From assembly GCA_040768745.1 (NCBI GenBank), contig JAXGMI010000001.1:1344001-1408000 (forward strand): a stretch of DNA of 64,000 bases. The letters run 5' to 3'. A model generated the notes under the pieces. It saw nothing but the letters and a program-made list of their open reading frames with translations, did not search any database and had not been told where the DNA came from. The DNA is from Desulfomicrobium sp. (GTDB lineage: Bacteria > Desulfobacterota > Desulfovibrionia > Desulfovibrionales > Desulfomicrobiaceae). Below are positions 48,819-58,876 of the stretch, one piece after another (positions within the stretch are counted from its first letter, which is position 1; the number at the start of each line of letters is the position of its first letter). Both the position numbers and the translations under genes were made by a program.

Positions 48819-50092
48819 TTCAGGGTTTCCAGGAAGGCTTCGACACGAGTCTTGAGCTGCTCCACGTCCTCCATGGAATAGTCCGTCTCCAGGGACATGC
48901 TCGGGATGTTGCCGGCCGTGAGCCGCTTCTCGACCTTGATGCCCTCGTGGGCATAGGGCTGGCAGAACATCAGGGCGTACTGGATGACGCCGTCGACCTT
49001 CAGGTCGCGGGCCATGGACTCGACGTTGTCCAGGCGCTCGGCGTTGGGCGTGAAGCAGGCGCAGTCGATCTTCATGTAGCGGTCGCACAGGGCGTCGATC
49101 ATCTGCTCCAGGGTCCGGCAGGACTCGTCCGTCAGGTCTCGGGTGTTGCGCGTGCCGATGCACGACTCCTCGCCGACGATGACCGCGCCGGAACTCTCGA
49201 TGATGTAGGGCAGCTTCCAGTTGGGCACGGCCATGGGACAGCCCGAGAGCATGACCCGCGGGGCGTCCGCCGGGGCCACGCCATCGCCGGCCTTGATGCG
49301 CTCTTCGAGCTGGTCGCAGAGAGTGTTTACGGATGCGGTGAAACGGACCGGGTCGTCGTAGAAGCTGACCTGGTTGATGAGCAGCACGTCGCGGCCCGAG
49401 ATGGGCGCGGGCACGGCGGCGCGAAGACGATTGAGGCGCTGCAGGGCGCGGCGGCGGTCGTTGACGGTCTTGATGGCCCCGGCCAGATTCTCCGCCGTTA
49501 CCTTCTTTCCTGTCAGTTCCTCAAGCTTCTCCATGTAGCGTAGCACCTCGGCCTTCCACAGGGCACGGGCCGATACGGTCTTGGTCTGGGGCACTTCCAT
49601 GATGTGCATGGGCGCGTGTTCGGCGAAGGCCTCGTATGCCTTCTTTTTGCCGTCGCAGGTGGTCTCGCCGACGATCAGGTCGCAGGACTCGGTGTAGGGG
49701 CACAGCCGCGCCAGCTTGAAACCGATGAAGGATTTGATCAGCGCGCAAGTGTTGCGCGGCACGAGCGTCTCGGCCGCCTCGCGGCCCGCGTCGGCCCCGG
49801 CGCACAGGCCGACCTGCACGGCGTCGACCGCCAGGGCCAGCTCCTCGGGCACGAAGACGCAGAAGGTGCCGACGATTTTGCGTCCCTGGGCCTTGGCGTC
49901 CTGCAGTTCCTTGATGCGCAGGCCGTGCACCTCGGACAGAACAAAGTCGAGGTACTCCATCCCCTTGAGCCGTCCTTGCTGGCTCATGTAGATATCCCCA
50001 TAGAACTTGCCCAGAACGGACAGGAGTCCGTCATGGGCGGCCAGGTCCAGATTCAGGTTCTCCCACATCTCCCGGTACGCTTCGTTGGTCAT
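48815..50092 (-). CDS. Double-cubane-type anaerobic reductase, paralog 2
   Basis: NTCALIKS, LCPY, ETTCDGKKK, ESCIG, IDCACF, FCQPY, ETDYS.ED.EQLKTRVEAF. Confidence 0.88.
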   Translation of the reverse strand: MTNEAYREMWENLNLDLAAHDGLLSVLGKFYGDIYMSQQGRLKGMEYLDFVLSEVHGLRIKELQDAKAQGRKIVGTFCVFVPEELALAVDAVQVGLCAGADAGREAAETLVPRNTCALIKSFIGFKLARLCPYTESCDLIVGETTCDGKKKAYEAFAEHAPMHIMEVPQTKTVSARALWKAEVLRYMEKLEELTGKKVTAENLAGAIKTVNDRRRALQRLNRLRAAVPAPISGRDVLLINQVSFYDDPVRFTASVNTLCDQLEERIKAGDGVAPADAPRVMLSGCPMAVPNWKLPYIIESSGAVIVGEESCIGTRNTRDLTDESCRTLEQMIDALCDRYMKIDCACFTPNAERLDNVESMARDLKVDGVIQYALMFCQPYAHEGIKVEKRLTAGNIPSMSLETDYSMEDVEQLKTRVEAFLETLK

Positions 50093-50334
50093 CGCTACCT
50101 CCATGGCAAATTTCCCATTCTTTGCTGGAAAGCGGCTTATGAATCAAATCAAAATATTGGATTTGTTAGCAGAGAAAAGATCGAATCTGTCGATGAAACG
50201 TTGGTGGGAGCGAGGGTATCGGTCAATGATACAGGATGGCGCAAAAAAGTCGTTTCCAGGATCGGCTTTTGGCGAAAAAATGAACGCCATGTTCTCTCAC
50301 GGTGCTTTTCAGGCCGGGTCGGATTGATGTTGCA

Positions 50335-50363
50335 GCCGCCTGCTTCAAAATGAAGCAGGCGGC
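50335..50363 (-). terminator. Hairpin downstream of the lactate permease
   Basis: GCCGCCTGCTTCA-AAA-TGAAGCAGGCGGC, perfect 13-bp stem. Confidence 0.6.
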
Positions 50364-50420
50364 CAGGAGGGAAGGGCGGCTGGAATGGCTGCGTCTATGG
50401 CATCGCCTGATGCCGGGGGA

Positions 50421-52049
50421 CTAGGGCAGCATCCAGCTCAAGGGGTATGCCTGAAGATAGGTCAGCACGCTGATAAAGATGATCATCGCGATGGAGTGCT
50501 TCAGGGTGAAGAGGAAGAGGTTGCCTTCCTCGCCGACCATATTGGCCGCGGCCGTGGCCACGGAGATGGACTGCGGGGAGATCATCTTGCCGGTGACGCC
50601 GCCTGAGGAGTTGGCTGCCACGCACAGTTCCGGGGACACGCCGATCTGCTGGGCGGTGGTCATCTGCAGGTTGCCGAAGAGCAGGTTGGAGGACGTGTCG
50701 GAGCCGGTCAGGAACACGCCCAGCCAGCCGATGACCGGCGAGAAGAGCGGGAAGAAGTGGCCGGTCTGGGCGAAGGCCAGGCCCAGGGTGGAGCTCATGC
50801 CGGAGTAGTTCATGAGGTAGGCCAGGCCCACGATCATGGCGATGGTCACGATGGGGAAGCGCAGTTGCACCACGGTCTTGCCGAAGCAGGACACGGCGCG
50901 GCCGACGCCGTAATTGGGCAGCACGGCCAGGGACAGGATGCCGGCGATGAGGACGGCGGTGCCGGGGGAGGTCAGGTAGTTGAACTTGTACATGGCCTTG
51001 TAGACGGTGTCCTGGGCCACGACGGGCACGGTCTTGCTGATCAGGGAGTCGAGGCCCGGCCAAGCGAAGGTGATGACGGTGGACTTCATCATGTCCTGTA
51101 CGGGCTTGAGGCCCCAGATGAAGACCATGGCGGCGAGGATGACCCAGGGCATCCAGGCGCGGATGACATCACCCTGGGAGTAGTTGCAGACGGACTTGCC
51201 GGTGGAGGCGGGCTCGTTGGGAAAGCGCCAGATGCTCTTGGGCTGCCAGACCTTCAGGAACATGCCCAGACCGACGATGGTGGCGATGGCCGAGAGGACG
51301 TCGGGGAGCATGGGGCCGACGAAATTGGAGGTCACGAACTGGGTCACGGCGAAGCACAGGCCGGCCACGATGCAGGCGGGCAGCACTTCCATGGAGCGCT
51401 TGAAGCCGCACATGGTCACGGACAGCCACAGGGGCACGATGATGGACAGGAAGGGCAGCTGGCGGCCGGTGATGGCGCTGATGTGCATGACGTCGAGCTT
51501 GGTCAGCTCGGCCACGGCGATGATCGGAATCCCTAAGGCGCCGAAGGCCACGGGCGCGGTGTTGGCGATCAGGCACAGGCCGGCGGCGTAGAGGGGGTTG
51601 AAGCCCAGGCCGACGAGCATGGCCGCGGTGATGGCCACGGGGGTGCCGAAGCCGGCGGTGCCTTCGATGAAGGAGCCGAAGGCGAAGGCGATGAAGATGG
51701 CCTGGAGGCGGCGGTCTTCAGTGATGGTGGCCAGGGAGCTCTTGATGATCTCGAACTGTCCGCTCTCGACGGTCATGTTGTAGACCCAGATGGCCGTGAC
51801 GACGATCCAGACGATGGGGAAGATGCCGACGCCGGCGCCGTAGACGAAGGATGAGGCGGCCAGCTGGACGGGCATGCCCCAGACAGCCACGCCCACGATC
51901 AGGGCGCCGAGCACTGCCAGGCCTGCGGCGAAATGCCCTTTTGCTCTTTTCACCGCAAGCATGAAAAAGAGGATGTAAAGCGGAATTGCCGCAACAAGGG
52001 CAGATCCCACAATACTGTTAAAGGGGTCATAAACCTGAATCCAATTCAT
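50421..52049 (-). CDS. L-lactate permease (LctP/LldP family)
   Basis: MNWIQVYDP, FIEGTAGFGTPVAI, ANTAPVAFGALG, FLTGSDTSSN.LFG.LQ, GKMISPQSI. Confidence 0.95.
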   Translation of the reverse strand: MNWIQVYDPFNSIVGSALVAAIPLYILFFMLAVKRAKGHFAAGLAVLGALIVGVAVWGMPVQLAASSFVYGAGVGIFPIVWIVVTAIWVYNMTVESGQFEIIKSSLATITEDRRLQAIFIAFAFGSFIEGTAGFGTPVAITAAMLVGLGFNPLYAAGLCLIANTAPVAFGALGIPIIAVAELTKLDVMHISAITGRQLPFLSIIVPLWLSVTMCGFKRSMEVLPACIVAGLCFAVTQFVTSNFVGPMLPDVLSAIATIVGLGMFLKVWQPKSIWRFPNEPASTGKSVCNYSQGDVIRAWMPWVILAAMVFIWGLKPVQDMMKSTVITFAWPGLDSLISKTVPVVAQDTVYKAMYKFNYLTSPGTAVLIAGILSLAVLPNYGVGRAVSCFGKTVVQLRFPIVTIAMIVGLAYLMNYSGMSSTLGLAFAQTGHFFPLFSPVIGWLGVFLTGSDTSSNLLFGNLQMTTAQQIGVSPELCVAANSSGGVTGKMISPQSISVATAAANMVGEEGNLFLFTLKHSIAMIIFISVLTYLQAYPLSWMLP

Positions 52050-52102
52050 AGAAGCTCCAAATGCGTTAAAGATTGTGCCAAATTATCCCCAAAACAGAAG
52101 CG

Positions 52103-53506
52103 TTACGGCAAAAGCGATTTGCCGGCCTGCGCGGCGAACTCGTAGACAGGGCCCGGCAGGATGCCGAGGGCCAGGAGAAGAGCCGCGAAAAGTGTGCCAA
52201 GGGCCAGTCCGCTTTTCTTGGTTTCGAGCGCGGACGACGGGTCATGCGTGTAGGCATGGCGGACCAGGCTCAAGTAGAAGTAGATGGAGATGGCCGTGTT
52301 CAGGGCCGCGATGATGACCAGCCAGTCGTAGCCTCTGCCCCAGGTCGCGGTGAGCAGGAAGAGCTTGCCCATGAACCCCGCCGTGGGCGGCAGCCCGACC
52401 AGGGAGAATGCGGCCACTGCCAGGACAAAGGCGAAGACCGGGCTGCGCTGGTGCAGACCGTCCAAGTCCGAATAGCGGATGTTCCGGCCGTCCTTGGACA
52501 GATGGCAGACGACCCAGAAGCAGGTCAGGTTCATGAGGATGTAGACCAGCGCGTAGAACGAGGCCGAGGCCAGTCCCTCGGCGGTCCCGGCCACGAGGCC
52601 GATGGTGACGTATCCGGCGTGGGCGATGGAGGAGTAGCCGAGCATGCGCTTCACGTCGTCCTGGACCAGGGCCGAGAGGTTGCCGAAGGTCATGGACACT
52701 GCGCCCAGGATGGCCAGGATGGTCATGCCGGGCTGGCCCGGCACCAGAAGGGAGGACAGACGGACCAGGATGACCACGGCCCCGAGCTTGGGCAGGGTCG
52801 CGGCGTAGGCCGCAGTCTCGTTGCTCGTGCCCTGGTAGACGTCCGGGCACCAGAAGTGGAAGGGGAACAGGGCCAGCTTGTACATGAACCCGGCCATGAA
52901 CATGATCAGGCCGACCAGGGCGCCGGGGTTGGTGGCGAAGTCCCACGGCTTGGTCGTGAGCTCCGCGAGGAAGGTCGTGTGCTGGGACGCGGTGATGTAG
53001 GCGAACCCGTACAGGGAGACCGCCGTGGCCGCCGCCCCGAAGAGCACGTACTTGATCCCGGCCTCGGCCGCACGCTTGTCTCCAGCCCGTAGGGGGATCA
53101 GGGCGTAGAGGGCGTAGGAGGAGATCTCCAGGGAGATGTAGATGGTCATGAGTTCAACGGAGCTGGCCAGCAGCATCAAACCCCATGCCGACAGGCACAG
53201 CAGCATGGAATAATCCGCGCGTACTTCGTCCTTCAGCGTCGCCTGGCCTCTGGAGTTCGTCACCGCGATGAACAGCCCTAGGGCCACGGCCATTTTCATG
53301 AATTGGGACAGGGGATCCACCTGGTAGGTGCCACCGAAAAGCAGTGCCGACTGGCCGAGGCTCGCCCCCGCCCCGGCCAGGACGGCCAGGCAGCCGGCAG
53401 GAAGCCAGGCCCCGGCCACATCCTTCCCCGGCTTGGCGACCACGAGGAGGAAAATCAGGACGATCAGCCCCAGAAGCAGGATTTCAGGGAGAAGCGCGAG
53501 GATCAT
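52103..53506 (-). CDS. nuoN: Complex I-like antiporter subunit NuoN
   Basis: EAGIKY..G, KLALFPFHFWCPDVYQG, KRMLGYSSIAHAGY, GLPPTAGFMGK; start MILALLPE at 53506. Confidence 0.92.
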   Translation of the reverse strand: MILALLPEILLLGLIVLIFLLVVAKPGKDVAGAWLPAGCLAVLAGAGASLGQSALLFGGTYQVDPLSQFMKMAVALGLFIAVTNSRGQATLKDEVRADYSMLLCLSAWGLMLLASSVELMTIYISLEISSYALYALIPLRAGDKRAAEAGIKYVLFGAAATAVSLYGFAYITASQHTTFLAELTTKPWDFATNPGALVGLIMFMAGFMYKLALFPFHFWCPDVYQGTSNETAAYAATLPKLGAVVILVRLSSLLVPGQPGMTILAILGAVSMTFGNLSALVQDDVKRMLGYSSIAHAGYVTIGLVAGTAEGLASASFYALVYILMNLTCFWVVCHLSKDGRNIRYSDLDGLHQRSPVFAFVLAVAAFSLVGLPPTAGFMGKLFLLTATWGRGYDWLVIIAALNTAISIYFYLSLVRHAYTHDPSSALETKKSGLALGTLFAALLLALGILPGPVYEFAAQAGKSLLP

Positions 53507-55038
53507 TGGTTTGCCTCCTTGCCGTTCATCACCGGGGTATGGGCCAGGTTGATAGGCCTGGCGGTAGCTGCGTACTCGGTCCTGGCCGAGAAATCCTTGA
53601 GCAGTTTGTCGATGGACGGGTCCATGACCTTGAGCGTCATGGTCGGGGCCAGGCCGATGTAGAGCACGAAAACCGCCAGTGGCGCTAGGTAGATCCATTC
53701 ACGCGGGCACAGGTCGGTGAATGTGGCGCCTCTGCTCGGTTCGCCCCAGGCCAGCTTCTGCAGCAGGCGCAACATGTAGGCCGCGGCGAGCATGGCGCCA
53801 GGGATGGCCAAGCCGCCGACGAGGAGGCTCTCCTGGAACGCGCCGACCAGGACCAGGGCCTCGCCCACGAAGGAGTTGGTGCCCGGGAAGCCCAGGGAGG
53901 ACAGGGAGAAGAGCCCGAAGAAGAACATATAGGCCGGCAGGTATTTGCCCAGGCCCATGTTTTCGCTGATCTCGCGGCTGTGGCTGCGCTCGTAGGCCGC
54001 GCCGACGAGCATGAAGAGGCCGCCGGTGGTGATGCCGTGATTGAGCATCTGCATGACCGCCCCTTCCACGCCGCGCTGGCTGAAAAGGAAGATGCCCAGG
54101 GTCACGAAGCCCATGTGCCCCACGGACGAGTAGGCGATGAGCTTCTTCATGTCCTTCTGCCCGAGGGCGATGATCCCGCCGTAGAGGATGGAGGCCAGGG
54201 ACAGGGCGATCATGAGCGGGGCGAAAGTCACGCAGGCGTCTGGGGTCAGAGGCATGCAGAAGCGCAGGAACCCGTACGTGCCCATCTTCAGGAGCACCGA
54301 GGCCAGCAGGACCGACCCCGCCGTGGGGGCCTCGACGTGGGCGGCCGGGAGCCAGGTGTGGAAGGGGAACATGGGGCACTTGATGGCGAAGGCCAGGACC
54401 ATGGCCAGGAAGGCCCAGAACTGCAGCCTGGGGCTGAAGGTTTTGGTCATCAGTTCCGGGATGGAGAACGTGCCCCCGGCGGAGTAGAAGGCGATGATGG
54501 CCACCAGCAGGAGCGTCGACCCCGCCAGGGTGTAGAGGAAGAACTTGATGGACGCGTAGCGCTTGTTCGGGCCGCCCCAGACCGCGATGAGCAGGTACAT
54601 GGGCACGAGCATGGCTTCCCAGAAGAGGTAGAAGAGCACGAAGTCCAGGGCCGCGAAGACGCCGACGCAGGCCGAGGTCATGAGCAGCAGGACGATGTGG
54701 AACTCCTTGATGCGCCGGGAGATGTAGTGCCAGGAACAGAGCACGCACAGCGGCAGGAGGGCCACGGTCAGCAGGATCATGAGCAGGCTGATGCCGTCGA
54801 TGCCCAGATGGTAGGTCAAACCCCACTGCGGCACCCAGGATGCCTTCTCCACGAACTGGAACCCGCCCGAGGCGAGATCGAAACTCGCCAGCGGGAGCGC
54901 CAACGCAATCTCCGCCAGCCCGGCGGCCAGGGTCAGCCTGCGGACGGCCTCCTCGCCCTTCACCATCAGCAGCGCCAGGGACGCCGCCAGGGGGAAGAAG
55001 ATGAGCGCGCTCAGGACCGGAAAGGATGATGCTGTCAT
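53503..55038 (-). CDS. nuoM: Complex I-like antiporter subunit NuoM
   Basis: GIDGISL, FWEAMLVPMY, FPFHTWLPAAHVEAPT, KKLIAYSSVGHMG. Confidence 0.93.
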   Translation of the reverse strand: MTASSFPVLSALIFFPLAASLALLMVKGEEAVRRLTLAAGLAEIALALPLASFDLASGGFQFVEKASWVPQWGLTYHLGIDGISLLMILLTVALLPLCVLCSWHYISRRIKEFHIVLLLMTSACVGVFAALDFVLFYLFWEAMLVPMYLLIAVWGGPNKRYASIKFFLYTLAGSTLLLVAIIAFYSAGGTFSIPELMTKTFSPRLQFWAFLAMVLAFAIKCPMFPFHTWLPAAHVEAPTAGSVLLASVLLKMGTYGFLRFCMPLTPDACVTFAPLMIALSLASILYGGIIALGQKDMKKLIAYSSVGHMGFVTLGIFLFSQRGVEGAVMQMLNHGITTGGLFMLVGAAYERSHSREISENMGLGKYLPAYMFFFGLFSLSSLGFPGTNSFVGEALVLVGAFQESLLVGGLAIPGAMLAAAYMLRLLQKLAWGEPSRGATFTDLCPREWIYLAPLAVFVLYIGLAPTMTLKVMDPSIDKLLKDFSARTEYAATARPINLAHTPVMNGKEANQ

Positions 55039-55057
55039 GTTAGTCCTCGTGTGCAGG

Positions 55058-56836
55058 TTAGCGGAGCAGGGTGAAGAGCATCGCCGCGGCGCCAATGCCG
55101 AAGGCCAGGATCACGGCGCCGCCGATGTAGTCCTGCAACTTGCCGTTGACCGTCGATGCGGCGTGGCGTCCGATGCCGCGCACTCCCAGGGCGCTGCCGT
55201 CCAGGATGCCGTCGATGACGAGCTGGTCGCAGTAGTTGGCCTCCTTGGCGCGTTCCAGGAGGCCGCCCAGGCCGACCTTCCGGTAGATTTCGCTCCACCA
55301 GGCGTCGACCACGGCGAAGGGGTACTGGCAGAAGAACAGGAAGATCCTGCCGATCCAGATGTAGAAGAACTCGAAGTCCAGATTCTGCTTGGCCGCCGGG
55401 GTGAGGCGCCCCACCATGAGGGAGAAGCCCAGGCCCGTGAAACCGAGCAGGATGGAGATCTGCAGCACGTGCCACGGCGTGTAGGGCACGTAGTCGGCCT
55501 CGAAGGGCAGCAGCGAGTACAGCAGGTGCGGCTGGACGCCGATGATGAAGCACAATGCCGCGCCCAGGCCCATGGCCACGTACATGTTGGCCGGGATGGG
55601 GGTGATGGGCCGGGTCATGTCGTCGGGCTTGGCGTAGAAGGCGAAGTACGGGAGCTTCAAACCGACGGACAGGAAGGTGCCGATGGAGGCCAGCTCCAGC
55701 CCCAGCGCCAGCCAGGTGCGGTGCGCCTCGGCCGCCCCGGCGATGACCATGGTCTTGGACACGAAGCCCGAGAAGAGCGGCATGCCCGAGATGGACACGG
55801 CCGCGACCATGTACAGCACGAAGACCCAGGGCAGGCGGCGGACCAGGCCGCCGAGCTCCGAGAGCTTGGCCGTGCCCGTGGCGTAGAGCAGGGCGCCCGT
55901 GGTCATGAACAGGAGGCCCTTGTAGATGATGTGGGCGTAGGCGTGGGCGCAGGCGCCGTTCAAGGTCAGCTGGGAGGCAATGCCGATGCCGGCGACCATG
56001 TATCCGACCTGCGAGACGATGTGATAGGACAGGATGCGCCGGGCGTTGTTCTCGATGGTGGCGTAGCAGACGCCGTAGATGGCCATGATGGTCCCGCCGA
56101 TGGCCAGGACCTCGAAGCCGGAGAAGCCGCGCAGCAGGACATACACGGCCGTCTTGGTCGTGTAGGCCGACATGAACACAGCACCCGTGATGGTCGCCCG
56201 GGGGTAGGCGTCGGGCAGCCATGCGTGCAGGGGCACGACGGCTGCGTTGACGCAGAAGCCGGTCAGGATGAGGTAGTCGTACCACTGCGCGGCGCCGGGG
56301 GCGATGGCTTCGAAGGCGAAGCTGCCGGTGGCCTGGTGCCGGATCAGCATGCCCGCCAGGAGCATGAGCCCGCCCAGGGTATGGAACAGGAAGTAGCGGA
56401 AGCCCGCCGCCGTCGAACGCGGGGCGCGGTTCAGCCAGATGAGCATGGTCGAGGCGATGCTCATCAGCTCCCAGAAGAGGAACAGGGTCAGGTAGTCGCC
56501 GGCGAAGACGCAGCCGAAGCCGCCCGCCACGTACAGGTTGGCGGCCACGTGCTGGGCCCTGTCCCTGAGGTGCAGGGCATAGATGAAGCCGATCACGGCC
56601 TGGATGGCGAAGACGTGGGCGAAGACGATGGACAGCGTGTCCACCCTGCCCGTGGTCAGGGTCTGTCCGAGGTACTGCATGACCCCGTGCGTGCCCGTCG
56701 GCATGGTCAGCACCGCCGCGACGGCCATGAGGGCGGGGATGGGCAGGAGCCAGCGGTATTTGTCCGTCCTGATGAGCGGGATGAGCAGCGCCGCCATCAG
56801 GAAGGGGACGGAGGGGTGCTGGAAGCTAGCGGTCAT
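55058..56836 (-). CDS. MrpD/NuoL-like antiporter subunit
   Basis: FWELMS, PLHAWLPDAYP, RRILSYHIVSQVGYM, GMPLFSGFVSK; extended C-terminus with DQLVIDG reminiscent of the NuoL lateral helix. Confidence 0.85.
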   Translation of the reverse strand: MTASFQHPSVPFLMAALLIPLIRTDKYRWLLPIPALMAVAAVLTMPTGTHGVMQYLGQTLTTGRVDTLSIVFAHVFAIQAVIGFIYALHLRDRAQHVAANLYVAGGFGCVFAGDYLTLFLFWELMSIASTMLIWLNRAPRSTAAGFRYFLFHTLGGLMLLAGMLIRHQATGSFAFEAIAPGAAQWYDYLILTGFCVNAAVVPLHAWLPDAYPRATITGAVFMSAYTTKTAVYVLLRGFSGFEVLAIGGTIMAIYGVCYATIENNARRILSYHIVSQVGYMVAGIGIASQLTLNGACAHAYAHIIYKGLLFMTTGALLYATGTAKLSELGGLVRRLPWVFVLYMVAAVSISGMPLFSGFVSKTMVIAGAAEAHRTWLALGLELASIGTFLSVGLKLPYFAFYAKPDDMTRPITPIPANMYVAMGLGAALCFIIGVQPHLLYSLLPFEADYVPYTPWHVLQISILLGFTGLGFSLMVGRLTPAAKQNLDFEFFYIWIGRIFLFFCQYPFAVVDAWWSEIYRKVGLGGLLERAKEANYCDQLVIDGILDGSALGVRGIGRHAASTVNGKLQDYIGGAVILAFGIGAAAMLFTLLR

Positions 56837-57086
56837 AGTAGCCCTCCTTCTTGCCCAGGAAGGTGTGGGCGGCCCCCTTGCAGATCCGGACCATGGCCAC
56901 CGTGGCGACCAGCGCGAACACGGCCCAGTAGCCGGGCTTTCCCTCACCCGGGAAGTGCGGGTGATGCGGGTAGATGAGGACGTTCAGCCCGACCAGAAGG
57001 ACCATGATCCCGTACATGACCTTTTTCCAGAAGCCGGGGTTCTGCCGGGCCCTGCCCAGGAGTTCGCCAAGAGTGCTTGTTTCCAC
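56826..57086 (-). CDS. Small two-TM membrane protein within the complex I-like operon
   Basis: GTG 57086; ...HHPHFPGEGKPGYWAVF...K...LGKKEGYYDR; tightly packed between the two MrpD-like genes. Confidence 0.75.
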   Translation of the reverse strand: METSTLGELLGRARQNPGFWKKVMYGIMVLLVGLNVLIYPHHPHFPGEGKPGYWAVFALVATVAMVRICKGAAHTFLGKKEGYYDR

Positions 57087-57088
57087 GG

Positions 57089-58567
57089 CTAGCCTCCGAA
57101 CTTGGTGAAGACGTTGATGAAGCTGAAGAAGATCTGCGGGAAGAAGCCCAGCAGCACGCTGATCACGGCCGTGATGGTCAGGGGGATGACCATGGTCATG
57201 GGCGCCTCGGCGCAGTGGTCGTAGTCCACCGCGGGGCTGGGCGCCATGAAGAAGGCCCGGTAGATGATGGGCGTGAAGTAGCCGGCGTTCAGGATCGTGC
57301 TGCCCAGGAGCGCGCAGAGGATGATGACCTGGTGGGCCTGCATGGCCCCGTTGATCAGGTACCACTTGGAGACGAACCCGCAGACCGGCGGCATGCCGAT
57401 CATGGACAGGGCGGCCAGGGAGAACATGGCGAAGGTGATGGGCATCTTGCGCCCGAACCCGCCCATGAGGCTGATCTTCTTGTGGTGCGTGGCCACGTAG
57501 ATGGCGCCGGCGCCGAAGAAGAGCGTGATCTTGGAGAAGGCGTGGTGCGCGATGTGGGCCAGGCCGCCGGTGACGGCGTCGGGGGTGAGCATGGTCACGC
57601 CGATGATGACGTAGGACAGCTGGCTGACGGTGGAGTAGGCCAGCCGGGCCTTCAGGTCGTCCTTGGTCAGGGCGATGACCGAGGCCACCACGATGGTGAA
57701 GGCGGCCAGGTAGGCCGTGGGGATGCCCAGGTTCAAGGCGTTCATGGTTTCCAGGCCGAAGCCGGACAGGATGATCCGGCTGACGGAGAAGACGCCCGCC
57801 TTGACCACCGCCACCGCATGCAGCAGGGCCGAAACCGGCGTGGGCGCGACCATGGCCGAGGGCAGCCAGTTGTGGAAGGGCATGAGGGCCGCCTTGGCGA
57901 GACCTGCGATGTAGAGCACGTAGGTCAGCTGCACAAGGAAGGGGTCTGCGTTGGCCGGGAAGATGCCCTTGACCACGTCCCCGAGCTGGAAGTCGAGGGT
58001 CCCGCAGATCACGTAGGTAAGGACCATGGCCGGGAGCAGGAAGAGCTTCGACGTGCCCATGAGGTAGACCATGTACTTGCGCGCGCCGCTATAGGCTTCT
58101 TCATCCTGATGGTGTGCGACCAGCGGGTAGGTGAAGATGGAGATGACCTCGTAGAAGAGGTAGAGCGTGAAGATGTTCGCGCTCATGGCCACGCCCACCG
58201 CGCCGAAGATGGCGATGGCGAAGCAGAAGTAGTAGCGTGTCTGGGCGTGTTCGTTCAGGCCGCGCATGTAGCCGATGTTGTAGCTCGTGGCCAGGAACCA
58301 CAGGAAGCTGGCCACGATGCCGAAGATCATGGTCAGTCCGTCGGCGCAGAGCTTGACGGTGATGCCCGGCAGGATGGTGAACGCGGTCAGGGTCTTGATC
58401 TCGCCGCCGAGCACGCCCGGGACGAGGGAGAGCATGAAGCCGAAGGTCATGGCCGCGGCGACGAAGGAGACCGCTTCGCGGGTGTTCGGGGTTTTGCGGA
58501 ATACCCAAATGCCCAGAGGGGCGAGGCCCGTGACGATGAGGGGGATGAGGAGTGCCGGTGTGTCCAT
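57089..58567 (-). CDS. MrpD/NuoL-like antiporter subunit
   Basis: FYEVISI.TYPLV.H, PFHNWLPSAMVAPTPVSALLHA, KARLAYSTVSQLSY, GMPP..GFVSKW. Confidence 0.88.
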   Translation of the reverse strand: MDTPALLIPLIVTGLAPLGIWVFRKTPNTREAVSFVAAAMTFGFMLSLVPGVLGGEIKTLTAFTILPGITVKLCADGLTMIFGIVASFLWFLATSYNIGYMRGLNEHAQTRYYFCFAIAIFGAVGVAMSANIFTLYLFYEVISIFTYPLVAHHQDEEAYSGARKYMVYLMGTSKLFLLPAMVLTYVICGTLDFQLGDVVKGIFPANADPFLVQLTYVLYIAGLAKAALMPFHNWLPSAMVAPTPVSALLHAVAVVKAGVFSVSRIILSGFGLETMNALNLGIPTAYLAAFTIVVASVIALTKDDLKARLAYSTVSQLSYVIIGVTMLTPDAVTGGLAHIAHHAFSKITLFFGAGAIYVATHHKKISLMGGFGRKMPITFAMFSLAALSMIGMPPVCGFVSKWYLINGAMQAHQVIILCALLGSTILNAGYFTPIIYRAFFMAPSPAVDYDHCAEAPMTMVIPLTITAVISVLLGFFPQIFFSFINVFTKFGG

Positions 58568-58876
58568 TTAGTCCCTCAGTGTGGCGATGGTGTCGGTTTC
58601 CACGGAGCCGAAGCGCCGCAGCACAACCAGGATGATGGCCAGGACCAGGGTCGCCTCGGCTGCGGCCAGCCCCATGATCAGAAGCGACGAGAGCTGGCCG
58701 AGGACGTCGTCGGCCGGGGTCAGCTTGGCCGAGGCGACGATGGACAGGCCCGCGCCGTTCAGGAGCAGTTCGACGCTGATGAGCATGCCCACGAGGGTCT
58801 TGCGCTGGACGAGGCCGAAAAGGCCCAGGCCCAGGAGCGCAAGCCCCGCCAGATGAAAGAGAAAGAGCGAGTTCAT
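58568..58876 (-). CDS. nuoK: Complex I-like subunit NuoK
   Basis: ISVELLLNG, LAAAEA; three TM helices. Confidence 0.9.
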   Translation of the reverse strand: MNSLFLFHLAGLALLGLGLFGLVQRKTLVGMLISVELLLNGAGLSIVASAKLTPADDVLGQLSSLLIMGLAAAEATLVLAIILVVLRRFGSVETDTIATLRD

